Of a stretch of DNA of 64,000 bases, positions 1-9,217 are shown one piece after another (within the stretch, counting starts at the first letter, position 1; each line of letters opens with the position of its first letter). Source of the stretch: Syntrophales bacterium (GTDB lineage Bacteria > Desulfobacterota > Syntrophia > Syntrophales > UBA2210); the NCBI GenBank assembly GCA_963662405.2, contig CAXXKT010000001.1:96001-160000 (forward strand), given 5' to 3'. Below the pieces are notes generated by a model. The model was not told where the DNA came from. It did no database searches and worked only from the letters and a program-made list of their open reading frames with translations. The position numbers and the translations under genes were made by a program.

Positions 1-2
1 TC

Positions 3-623
3 GCCTCCGAACTCGTCATGCTGGACGGCAAAAAGATGTCACGATCCCTGAACAACTTCTTCTCCGTGGTCGATCTCGAGAAGAAAGGATACACCGGGAA
101 AGAGATCCGATATTTTCTCCTGAGTGCCCATTACAGAAAGCCTCTGTCCTTCTCATTCGGCGCACTGGATACCGCCTGTAACACAATCAAGAAACTGGAT
201 ACCTTTATCCAGAGGCTCCTCCGGTTCTCCCCGGGGGGTGGTTACCCCGAGACGGATCAGCTCATATACGACGTCAGGAAGGGGTTTACCGAGGCAATGG
301 ATGACGATTTCAACATCTCCGGAGCACTCGCCTCCCTGTTCGAATTCGTCAGGAAAATCAACATTCCTCTGGCGGCAAACCAACTGACCACACAGCAGAG
401 GGACTTGATTCTTGCTATCATGCAGCGGATCAACTCCGTCCTTCTCGTGATGGATTTTCAGGAAAAGAGACTCAGTAGCGATGCCGCACTACTGATGAAG
501 GAACGAGCAACGGCACGGGCCGCAGGCAACTGGGAAGAATCCGACCGCCTGCGCCGGGAACTTGATGCTCGGGGAATTTGCGTTCACGATACACCGGAAG
601 GAACAACATGGACCGTCCGGTAA
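3..623 (+). CDS. cysS: Cysteinyl-tRNA synthetase, C-terminal part (5' end outside window)
   Basis: KMSRS (KMSKS-like) motif, 'IRYFLLSAHYRKPL', 'AMDDDFNISGAL', C-terminal 'W..SDRLR..L...GI...DTPEGTTW' anticodon-binding domain. Confidence 0.93.
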   Translation, partial: ASELVMLDGKKMSRSLNNFFSVVDLEKKGYTGKEIRYFLLSAHYRKPLSFSFGALDTACNTIKKLDTFIQRLLRFSPGGGYPETDQLIYDVRKGFTEAMDDDFNISGALASLFEFVRKINIPLAANQLTTQQRDLILAIMQRINSVLLVMDFQEKRLSSDAALLMKERATARAAGNWEESDRLRRELDARGICVHDTPEGTTWTVR

Positions 624-678
624 AACTATTGGCCTCCAGGGATTGTCATCCTCACGGGCAGGCCGAAAGGGAATCTTT

Positions 679-984
679 ATGAAATTTGTTTTGCTCATCG
701 CCGCGCTGATTGCGGCCTACATACTCAGCCAGTGGGGTGTCATCATGATCACGAAGAGTGTCTGCAGACGTATTATTAAAGACCTTGATTCAAAAAGGGC
801 ATACGCTGCGGATTCGGCCGTCTCTCTCCCCTATGCGCAGAAGAAAGGGCTGCTTCACATCGGTACGAGAGACTACAAACCGCAGGCTCTTCAGTATCTG
901 GTACACAAAGGAATAGTCTGTGCGACGGATGACGGCAGGTTTTACCTTGACGCCGCAAAGTCACAGGATACTATCCGATTGTAG
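679..984 (+). CDS. Small hypothetical membrane-anchored protein
   Basis: ATG at 679 after AAGGGA; N-terminal hydrophobic helix MKFVLLIAALIAAYIL. Confidence 0.65.
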   Translation: MKFVLLIAALIAAYILSQWGVIMITKSVCRRIIKDLDSKRAYAADSAVSLPYAQKKGLLHIGTRDYKPQALQYLVHKGIVCATDDGRFYLDAAKSQDTIRL

Positions 985-1040
985 TCTCCCGGGCGCGCCG
1001 TGTCTTCTACAGAAAGCGCGTCCGTGTTCGATCATGTCCC

Positions 1041-1697
1041 TCAGCGGTGCTGTTTCACTCCCACCTTTTCACATAATCCGGAAACGGGGCACCGACTGCA
1101 CAGGGGCGAGACGGGACGGCAGGTCCCCCTCCCGAATGCCACCATGAGGGTATTATACCCCGTCCAATACCGTCGGGGAAGTTTTGCCCGCAGGGCATAC
1201 TCCGTTTCGTCAGGCCTTTTCGTCGTGACATATCCCAGCCGATTCGAGATCCGGTGTACATGCGTGTCCACACAGATTCCTTCCCCCCCGTATCCCAGCG
1301 TAACGACCAGGTTGGCGGTCTTTCTCCCCACCCCCTTAAGCGTCAGCAATTCGTCAATACTGTCCGGAACGCGGGACCCGTATCGATCAACCAGTTCACG
1401 GCAGACATGGAGGATCGTCCGAGCCTTGGTGCGATAGAATCCCACCGGGTAAATAACCTCGGCTATCTGTTCCGGCGAGAGTGCCAGCATCTCCTCCGGG
1501 GTCAAGGCCAGCTCAAAGAGCCGCCGGGTGGCCACCTCGGTCACTTCATCCTTGGTTCTCAGGCTGAGGAGCGTGGATACGAGGATCTGAAAGGGAGACC
1601 CCCTCTTCTCGGCCAATTCGGAAACGACGGGGAGCTTTTCTGAAGCGAGGGCCCTCGCTATGGTTTCGATAACGGTTATTATATGGGACTCTTTCAT
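1041..1697 (-). CDS. nth: Endonuclease III (HhH-GPD DNA glycosylase)
   Basis: 'LKGVGRKTANLV' HhH, 'VDTHVHRISNRLG', C-terminal CxxxxxxCxxCxxxxxC 4Fe-4S motif. Confidence 0.93.
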   Translation of the reverse strand: MKESHIITVIETIARALASEKLPVVSELAEKRGSPFQILVSTLLSLRTKDEVTEVATRRLFELALTPEEMLALSPEQIAEVIYPVGFYRTKARTILHVCRELVDRYGSRVPDSIDELLTLKGVGRKTANLVVTLGYGGEGICVDTHVHRISNRLGYVTTKRPDETEYALRAKLPRRYWTGYNTLMVAFGRGTCRPVSPLCSRCPVSGLCEKVGVKQHR

Positions 1698-1754
1698 ACA
1701 CAACACTGACCGGCGGACGACATCCCCGTCCGGTCCTGCTACCGGTACCAAGGG

Positions 1755-2588
1755 CTATTCGTAGCCTTCTTCATCGGCAAGAATATCCAAGTGCAGCGTC
1801 GCAATATCCTCCACATCCAGGTTAGGTTCCTTCTCCGCCTTCCTGAAATCGACCGCCTTTATATATTTGTTGCAGACATTGCACACGTCGACCCGGTATT
1901 TTTCCTCGTTCTCGATCGTGAAATAGGCGAGGGTCTGCTGGTCCTCGTTCCCGCAGAAAGGACACCGTATGCGTTTAAACCGCCATTCAAATCCGCACTG
2001 ACCGCAGAAGAGAAAGCGTTGCCCCCCCTCTCCCTTGAGCTCCGATATCTTCGGTTCCCTGCCGCATATGGGACAGTACCCCTCGGCCCACTTCGATGCG
2101 GCGATGACGTCGCCGTATTTTTCAGAGAGAATCTCCAACGCCGGCCGCAGGCTTTCTTCAACAAGAAAGCCCAACAGATCGAAAACACCCTCCTCCTGCT
2201 CATCCGAGGTCTCCTCATCCTGTGGTATGGCAAAGGATTCGCGGACCATCTCACGATAGTCCAACTCACCGGTATTGACCCGGCAAATGATTTCACCGGT
2301 CTCTTCCAATGCCCTTCGCTGCGCTATCTCGAGGAGGGCGATAAAATACTCTTTCGGCTCTTGCAGTTCAAAGGTCCCCTCGGGAAAATCGACCAGGGGA
2401 AGTCCCCCTTCCAGCTTCTGCTGTATGAGCGACTCATCGACGTTGAATATATCCCGGTTAACCTTGCGACGGTATTCCTCCCGCAGGATCAGCACCTCTT
2501 CAAGGATATCGAGCAGTTCCTCGTAATGAGGATTCATATGTTTGTACCCGTCGATCATTTTCAGGGTATCTTTCAGTAGTTGTGCCAT
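1755..2588 (-). CDS. fdhE: Formate dehydrogenase accessory protein FdhE (copy 1)
   Basis: CPICG / CGQC..EW...RI.CPFCG / VDVCNVC..YIK motifs; downstream of fdnGHI. Confidence 0.9.
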   Translation of the reverse strand: MAQLLKDTLKMIDGYKHMNPHYEELLDILEEVLILREEYRRKVNRDIFNVDESLIQQKLEGGLPLVDFPEGTFELQEPKEYFIALLEIAQRRALEETGEIICRVNTGELDYREMVRESFAIPQDEETSDEQEEGVFDLLGFLVEESLRPALEILSEKYGDVIAASKWAEGYCPICGREPKISELKGEGGQRFLFCGQCGFEWRFKRIRCPFCGNEDQQTLAYFTIENEEKYRVDVCNVCNKYIKAVDFRKAEKEPNLDVEDIATLHLDILADEEGYE

Positions 2589-2671
2589 GATTCACCTCGT
2601 ATGGGTTATGAAAGCGAAGTCCCCCTATATATGCTTTTCCCGGCAATTTCAAGCATTACTTATCCGAGCAG

Positions 2672-2704
2672 AAAGGGGCCTGCTCTCGATCGAACAGACC
2701 CCTT
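2672..2704 (-). terminator. Possible stem-loop terminator between fdnI and fdhE
   Basis: AAGGGGcCTG...CAGaCCCCTT imperfect hairpin with T tract on the minus strand. Confidence 0.4.
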
Positions 2705-2745
2705 ATATGCATGAACTCTTCACGCCTCAGGCGTGAAGGCTTTTC

Positions 2746-3384
2746 TTATTTTGAGACTTCCAGTTTTCCGGATTCTTCCATCTCCTTAAGCCATTTCGGA
2801 CACTGTTTCTCCGCCCAGGAACGTGTAACCCACCCCGTCAGGATGGCGGAAACGGAACCGGGGACACCAACGGTTCCCAGATACAGATGGATAAAGAAGA
2901 AGGGGAAGATCACCAAAAACCCGAGTGCATGGAGGGGGTACATCCACCGCACCAGCTCCACGGGGAGGCCCAGCGGGAACCACATAATCAACCCGGTGAT
3001 GATCATGATCACCCCGAAGAGCGCCACCGCCCAGAAGAAGGCCTTCTGTCCGGGGTTGTATTTCCCCGTCTCGGGAGGATTATCGACGTGCCACAGGTAC
3101 CCGCCTGCCACCTTGATCCACTCCAGGTCTTCGGGAAACTTGAATATACCCGCCTCCTTCCACCATATCGCTATGGCGAAGAGGAGCGACGGGATGAACA
3201 CGAGCCCGGAGAAGTTGTGGATCAGCTTGAGGGTCTTCAGCCCCCCAACCGGAATCGCGAGAAAATTGAATGCATGAAACATCATCCCCAGACCTGAAAT
3301 CATCAGGATCAGGCAGGAAAAGGCCATGCACCAGTGCACGATTCTCTCAAACCCATCGGACGCCTTTATCATTCCTTTTTTCAT
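2746..3384 (-). CDS. fdnI: Formate dehydrogenase gamma (cytochrome b) subunit, copy 1
   Basis: 'ERIVHW', 'GKYNPGQK', 4 TM helices with heme-ligand His residues. Confidence 0.92.
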   Translation of the reverse strand: MKKGMIKASDGFERIVHWCMAFSCLILMISGLGMMFHAFNFLAIPVGGLKTLKLIHNFSGLVFIPSLLFAIAIWWKEAGIFKFPEDLEWIKVAGGYLWHVDNPPETGKYNPGQKAFFWAVALFGVIMIITGLIMWFPLGLPVELVRWMYPLHALGFLVIFPFFFIHLYLGTVGVPGSVSAILTGWVTRSWAEKQCPKWLKEMEESGKLEVSK

Positions 3385-3385
3385 C

Positions 3386-4180
3386 TTATTCGCCTCCTTC
3401 CTTGCTTACCTGATCCCCATCACCGCTGGTGTCCTTGGGCCCGTGGGTGATGTAGTGCAAGAAGGATCCTGCCAAAACACCGCCGGCTGCAAGCAGGCTG
3501 AGCGGCTTGAGCCAGTCCTTCCATGCGATAACGGAAAGGGGCACACGCGGTTTCTCGGGAAGCCTGTCATAGACGCCGGCCTTTCTCGGAAGGACATACA
3601 CCATGTGCGTCCCATCCACAAAGGTATCGCCATAGACGGAGGCGTCGCCGCCCAACTCCTTGGCCCGTGCATACGCCACCTTCAGCATCTCATTCTTGTC
3701 ACCGAAGCGCAGGGCGCCGGTGGGACAGGCCTTGACACAGGCCGGTTCCATCGCGTTGTCGATCCGGGAATAACACAGATCGCACTTGACGACCTTGTCG
3801 GTATCCGGATCGTATCGGGGCACTTCAAAGGGGCAGGCAAAGACGCATTCCTTGCAGCCGATACACTTGCTGTTGTCAAGGGCGACCGTACCGTACTTGG
3901 TATGGTAAAGGGCGCCGCTGGGGCAGACCTTGACACAGGCCGCGTCGGTGCAGTGCATACAGGCATCATGCCTGAACAGCCAGTCAACAGTGCCGTTATC
4001 GGATATCTCCTGGAACCGTATCACGTTCCACGTGTTCGGCTGGAGATCCGGCGGATTCTGATAGGAGCCGGTGTTGACGGTCTGCCTCGCCGGCAACTGG
4101 TTCCACTGCTTGCATGCCAACTGGCATCCCCGGCAACCGGTACACTTGGAAAGATCGCACAGTTTTATTTTCTCAGACAT
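3386..4180 (-). CDS. fdnH: Formate dehydrogenase beta (4x[4Fe-4S]) subunit with C-terminal TM anchor, copy 1
   Basis: CTGCRGCQLAC, CMHCTDAACVKVCP, CIGCKECVFACP, KCDLC..PACVKACP. Confidence 0.93.
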   Translation of the reverse strand: MSEKIKLCDLSKCTGCRGCQLACKQWNQLPARQTVNTGSYQNPPDLQPNTWNVIRFQEISDNGTVDWLFRHDACMHCTDAACVKVCPSGALYHTKYGTVALDNSKCIGCKECVFACPFEVPRYDPDTDKVVKCDLCYSRIDNAMEPACVKACPTGALRFGDKNEMLKVAYARAKELGGDASVYGDTFVDGTHMVYVLPRKAGVYDRLPEKPRVPLSVIAWKDWLKPLSLLAAGGVLAGSFLHYITHGPKDTSGDGDQVSKEGGE

Positions 4181-4183
4181 GGC

Positions 4184-7100
4184 TTACACCTCCTTCCTCT
4201 CGACATTTACCATGAAGGCCTTGCTCTCCGGGATCATGGTATTGGCATCCCCGATGAACGGAGTCACGATGTTGGCGGAATCACCGAAGGTAAAGACCTC
4301 CGGTTTCTTGTCACCATGGACGTATTCCCGCATCTTCGTGGTAATCCAGCCATAGTGCCACGGAATCCCGACCTCGTGAATCGTGTTGCCGTCGATAGTA
4401 AAGGGTTTCCACCGTTCCGTCACGATCGCCACGGCATCGACCGCTCCCCGCACTGACTTCACGGTAACGATTTCGCCGTTTTTGATCCCCTTATTCTTGG
4501 CGAGCTCCGTCCCCATCTCCACGAACATGGCGGGCTGCATCTCCGCGAGCCACGGGCACCAACGGGTCATAAGACCGGTCTGCCAGTGCTCGCTCACCCG
4601 ATAGGTCGAACAGATAATCGGAAACCGCGGATCACAGGTCGCCCGCGCATCCACGTTCGTCCCCGTGCCATCCTCGTCCCACCTCTTGATCGTCGGATTG
4701 ACAAATTGCGGGGACATGATGTTACTCTCGACGGGGCATTCCAAGGGCTCATAATGCTCGGGGAAGGGACCATCCGCCAGACCAGGACCGAAGATCGAAC
4801 CGACCCCGTGGGACTTCATGATGAAGGGGGGCCTTCCGGCGCCCGGTGCGGCAACACCGTCCGGCACATCGCCGGTCCACTTGGCACCGTTCCACATAAT
4901 AACGGGATGCTTGGTATCCCACGGTCTCCCCGTTTCCGGATCGACGGAGGCACCGTTGTAGATGATCCTGCGGTTGACCGGCCAGCACCACGCCCATTCG
5001 GAGTAGAGACCAATGCCGGATGTATCCTTCTTGCCCCGGCGGGCCGCCATGTTCCCCTTCTCGGTATAGGAGTTGCAGTAGAGCCAGTTCCCCGAAGAGG
5101 TGGAACCGTCATCCTGAAGGTAGGCAAAACTGGGAACCAGGGTGCCCTTCTTGTACAGCGTCCCCTTGATCTCCTTATCCTCGAGGAAGTAGCCGTTGAT
5201 CTCCTTGGCGATGTAGTGGGTGTCCAGGTGCCGGACCTTGCCGTCCACATCCTTGGGTCCGTAATCCCACGTCATCTTGGTGATCGCCTCTTTCAAGGGA
5301 CCACCCTCCTTCTCGTACAGTTCCTTGACCTTGTAGAAGAGTTCCGAGATGATCTCGCCGTCGGGAATGGCCATCCCCGGAGAATCGACCGCCTTGTAAC
5401 GCCACTGCATCCAGCGGCCGCTGTTGGTGATCGACCCCTCTTTTTCGATCGAGGCGGAGCAGGGGAGCATAAAGACCTCTGTCTTGATCTTCTTCGGGTC
5501 CATCCCGGGTCCCTTCCAGAAGGATCCGGTTTCGCTGTCGAAGATATTGACATTGACCATCCACTCCAGTTTTCCCATGGCCTCACGCGTTTTGTTGGAA
5601 CTGGCCCCGCTGCAGGCGGGGTTCTGCCCCCACGCGAAAAAGCCCGTGAACTGCTCCTTGTACATCTTGTCGAAGAGGGTCAGCCACGAATAGTTCTTGC
5701 CGTCATCCAGCTTCGGCAGATAGTTGTATGCCTCTTCCAGCGTTGCGTTCGTTCCATAGTGCGCGCGGAGGAGACTTGCCACATACTTCGGGTAATTCTT
5801 CCACCAGTTCAGACTCTTGGGTTCTACCGTCGAGGGCGTAAACTTCGCGTTATACGCGGCCAGGGTCGGCAGAGACGCCTTGGGGGTCTTCAGATACCCG
5901 GGGAGGATGTGGAAGAGGAGGCAGTGGTCGGTTGAGCCCTGGACATTGGACTCACCCCGGAGGGCATTGACACCGCCACCGGCGACTCCCATATTCCCCA
6001 GGAGGAGCTGAATGATAGACATCGTCCGGATATTCTGGACACCGACCGTATGCTGGGTCCACCCCATGGCATACATGATGGTACCCGCCTTCCCCACCGT
6101 GCCGGTCTTCGCATATTCCTTGTAGACCTCAAGCAGTTTCTCTTTGGGGGTCCCGGTGATCCGAGAGACGATCTCCAGATTGTACCGGGAATAGTGCCTC
6201 CTGAGAAGCTGATAGACGCAGTTGGGATCCTTCAGTGTCATATCCTTCTTGACGACACCGGCCAGATCCGTCTGAAAGGACCAGGAGGACTTGTCATACG
6301 TGGCGTCTTTGAGACCGGAGAAGACCCCATCGTTGTCTCCGGGGAGCTTGAAGTCGGGGTTCACCAGGAACGAGGCGTTGGTATAGTACTTGACATACTT
6401 TTCCTGGATCAGGTTGTTATCGAGGATATAATTGATCATACCACCTAGAAAGGCGATGTCACTCCCTGATCGGAGAGAGGCATAGATGTCGGCCTTCGAA
6501 GAGGTCTGTGTGAATCGGGGATCGACATTGATCAGCTTCGCGCCGTTCTCCATAGCCTTGGTAACGTACTTGAATGAGATGGGATGATTGGAAGCCGCGT
6601 TACTTCCCATGATTAACACACAATCACTGTACTGGATATCGATCCAGTGATTGGTCATTGCACCGCGTCCGAACGACTCTGCCAGAGCCGCAACAGTTGC
6701 GGAGTGTCAGATACGGGCCTGGTGTTCAATATATACCAGACCCAACCCCCTCAGGAATTTTTGATAGACGAAGCACTCTTCGTTATCCATGGCGGCACTG
6801 CCGACGGAGGCGATGCCGTTGGTCCGGTTTACCACCTGACCCTTCGCGTTTGTCGCGGTAAAACTCGCATCCCTGCTCTTTTTTATGTTGCGAGCAATCT
6901 TTTCGATCATCCATTCCCACGATTTTTCTTCCCACTTGTCGGAATAGGGCGCCCGGTAAAGAGGTTTGTCAAGACGGTTCTTATTGACGGAAAGCTGATA
7001 AATAGACCCTCCCTTGCTGCAGAGTGAACCTCTGTTTACCGGATGATCCGGATCCCCTTCCGTGTTGATGACCTTGCCGTTTCGGGCGGACACGATGATC

Positions 7101-7264
7101 CCGCATCCAACGGCACAGTAAGGGCAGATCGTGGTGGTTTCTTTCGCATATTTGATCTTCAACGGTTGCGCATGAGCCGCGACCGGCCTCAGATTGATGC
7201 CGATTCCACTCGCCATCAGCGCCGTACCGGAGATTTTCAAGAAACCTCTTCTGCTGACATCCAT
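4184..7264 (-). CDS. fdnG: Formate dehydrogenase alpha subunit (Mo/W-bisPGD, Tat-exported selenoprotein), copy 1; in-frame UGA at 6707-6709 read as Sec
   Basis: Tat SRRGFLK, CPYCAVGCG; ORFs 6707..7273 and 4184..6658 join in frame as HQARI-U-HSATVAALAESFGRGAMTNH; GAAAGGAG RBS 8 nt before ATG 7264. Confidence 0.95.
6673..6691 (-). other. Candidate bacterial SECIS hairpin, fdnG copy 1
   Basis: GCGGCUCU-GGC-AGAGUCGU stem-loop 15 nt after the UGA; identical in copy 2. Confidence 0.75.
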
Positions 7265-7313
7265 AGCATACACTCCTTTCTAAAAAGTTTCGGTACTCAA
7301 GCGTCGACTATCC

Positions 7314-7416
7314 TCTCCTCTCCAAGCAGGGGAGGCATGGCCCTCTCCCACCATACCCATCGCCCACCATTCACGGGATCTCTTCTGTAGAAACAGAAGC
7401 AGTGGATCGGAGAACA
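7314..7416 (-). ncRNA. Candidate Moco/Wco-type cis-regulatory leader RNA upstream of fdnG1
   Basis: Minus strand UUCUCCGA...GGGUAUGG..CCAUGCCUCCCCUGCUUGGAGAGGAG resembles the GCCUCCC...UUGGAAAGG 3' end of the Moco motif; upstream of a molybdo/tungsto-enzyme. Confidence 0.45.
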
Positions 7417-7578
7417 GCATTTTCACACGTATCTTGAACTATCTTATGATTGGCCGATGGAACAGTCTCCAATCACAAACCTACCCCGGAAATCAAGACT
7501 GACCACCGGTCATTTCATATAGTGTGGAATCTGCTTTGTCAAGACCTTTCTGGCAAAAGCACCAATAATTTCTATATC

Positions 7579-7598
7579 TTATGTCATGATTGACATAA
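7579..7598. promoter_or_regulatory. Palindromic operator TTATGTCA-N4-TGACATAA (ModE-like candidate) upstream of fdh1
   Basis: Perfect 8-bp arms; six related copies at 7860, 53304, 53570, 54609, 54651, 54681. Confidence 0.6.
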
Positions 7599-7786
7599 GG
7601 TCACCGAACATATTACCCCCCCCCGCTGTCAAAGCGGATTTTTGTGCAATTGTCTGGCTTGTTTGTGGGAAACTACCAGCTCCATACTACGTCAGCGACG
7701 TTCCACCACCACTGTTAAACATATATCGTTTGTGCATATTTTTCGTATACGGCATCGGCATCCTCCCCGCGTGTGTGGCGGCATCT

Positions 7787-7813
7787 GTAACACGATAAAT
7801 TATTTCGTGATAT
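7787..7813. promoter_or_regulatory. Candidate NikR operator upstream of hydrogenase operon
   Basis: GTAACAC-N13-GTGATAT; same half-site and spacing as sites at 21616 and 22091 flanking nikR. Confidence 0.6.
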
Positions 7814-7859
7814 TTCGGTGCGATACGGCATTTTCCCTTGACATTCTGTCACAAAATAC

Positions 7860-7879
7860 ATATGTCCCACTTGACATAT
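7860..7879. promoter_or_regulatory. Palindromic operator ATATGTC-N6-GACATAT (ModE-like candidate) upstream of hydrogenase
   Basis: Same motif as 7579. Confidence 0.5.
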
Positions 7880-7999
7880 CAGGTCCATGCCACCGCTCGG
7901 AATTGTCTGTTCGGCATGGGATGTGGTTTATCCGCCCCTCATTGAAGGCGGCTCAAGAGCTTCATCGGAATTACTTTTTACATATCGAAAGGGGGTAGT

Positions 8000-9175
8000 A
8001 TGGGCAGCACATCGAACTACGAGAAGACCATCAGCCGACAATACCGGGACCTGATGGACCACTGCGCGTGTCACCTTGAAGAGATGGACAAGACGTTACC
8101 CGAGCCGGCAGAGGATTTCCAAGCTCTTCTGCGGGAACGCGGCATTAGCAGAAGAAGCTTCCTCAAGTGGACATCAGCAACAACCGCAGCGTTGATGCTG
8201 TCTCCCCTCTTCCGGCCGATGGTCGCGAAGGCGGCGGAGCAGTTCAGTCGCCTCCCGGTCGTCTGGCTCCACTTCGCCGAATGTACCGGCTGCAGCGAGG
8301 CCTTGCTCCGCTCTTCGTATCCGAATGTGGACAGCATCCTCCTTGACACTATTTCTCTGGAATACCACGAGACACTGATGGCCGCGGCGGGGCATCAGGC
8401 GGAAGAAAATCTGGAAAAGGCGATACACGATTTCGCCGGTCGGTTTATCTGTGTCATCGAGGGCGCCCTTCCGACGGGGATGGACGGGAAATACCTGACC
8501 CTTGGCCCGAAAGGGAAAACGGGACTCCAGGTGGCCAGGGAGGTCACGTCAAAGGCGGCGGCCGTGATCTGTATCGGCAGTTGCTCCTCCTTCGGGAATG
8601 TACAGGCAGCCAAACCGAACCCGACCGATGCAGCCGGAATCAGCGATGCACTGGGCATCAAAACCGTCAACATCGCCGGGTGTCCTCCCAGCCCCGCGAA
8701 TTTCACGGGAACACTCCTCCATTTTCTGATGTTCGGAGCGCTCCCCCCCCTGGATTCTCTGGGACGACCCATATGGGCGTACGGCAAGCGGATCCACGAT
8801 TTCTGTGAGCGGCGCCCCCATTATGACGCCGGGGAATTCGTGGAAGAATGGGGAGATAGCGGCGCGCAAAAAGGGTGGTGCCTATATAAGGTGGGTTGCA
8901 AAGGTCCATACACCTTTTCGAATTGCAGCAAGGTCCGATTCAATGACGGCATCTCATGGCCGGTCATGGGAGGCCATGGCTGTATGGGGTGCACCGAGCC
9001 GGGCTTCTGGGATACCATGGCCCCCCTTGAAAAACCGATCGCCGACAAGACCATCGGGGGCGGCGAAAAGACGGTCGATAGGATCGGCGCCGTACTGACA
9101 GGCGTTACCGTGGCGGGCATCGCCGCTCATGCGGGCCTGAGTGCCCTCAAACACAGGGCTGAAGACACGGAATAG
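8000..9175 (+). CDS. [NiFe] hydrogenase small subunit (Tat, C-terminal TM anchor), group 1
   Basis: SRRSFLK Tat motif, 'WLHFAECTGCSE', 'GCPP', 'IHDFCERR', 'CLYKVGCKGP', 'GHGCMGC'. Confidence 0.95.
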   Translation: MGSTSNYEKTISRQYRDLMDHCACHLEEMDKTLPEPAEDFQALLRERGISRRSFLKWTSATTAALMLSPLFRPMVAKAAEQFSRLPVVWLHFAECTGCSEALLRSSYPNVDSILLDTISLEYHETLMAAAGHQAEENLEKAIHDFAGRFICVIEGALPTGMDGKYLTLGPKGKTGLQVAREVTSKAAAVICIGSCSSFGNVQAAKPNPTDAAGISDALGIKTVNIAGCPPSPANFTGTLLHFLMFGALPPLDSLGRPIWAYGKRIHDFCERRPHYDAGEFVEEWGDSGAQKGWCLYKVGCKGPYTFSNCSKVRFNDGISWPVMGGHGCMGCTEPGFWDTMAPLEKPIADKTIGGGEKTVDRIGAVLTGVTVAGIAAHAGLSALKHRAEDTE

Positions 9176-9217
9176 TCTCCGCAGAAATACGTTGATACAC
9201 TTCCCAGGAGGAACAAC

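Noticed and set aside
3..623. Non-canonical CysRS (KMSRS variant) linked to Sec recoding
   Set aside because: The anticodon-binding domain is retained, the gene is truncated by the window, and no unusual tRNA is seen
6707..6709. Stop codons splitting fdnG (also 55327-55329) as pseudogenes
   Set aside because: The UGA is in frame at the Sec position and followed by a conserved hairpin
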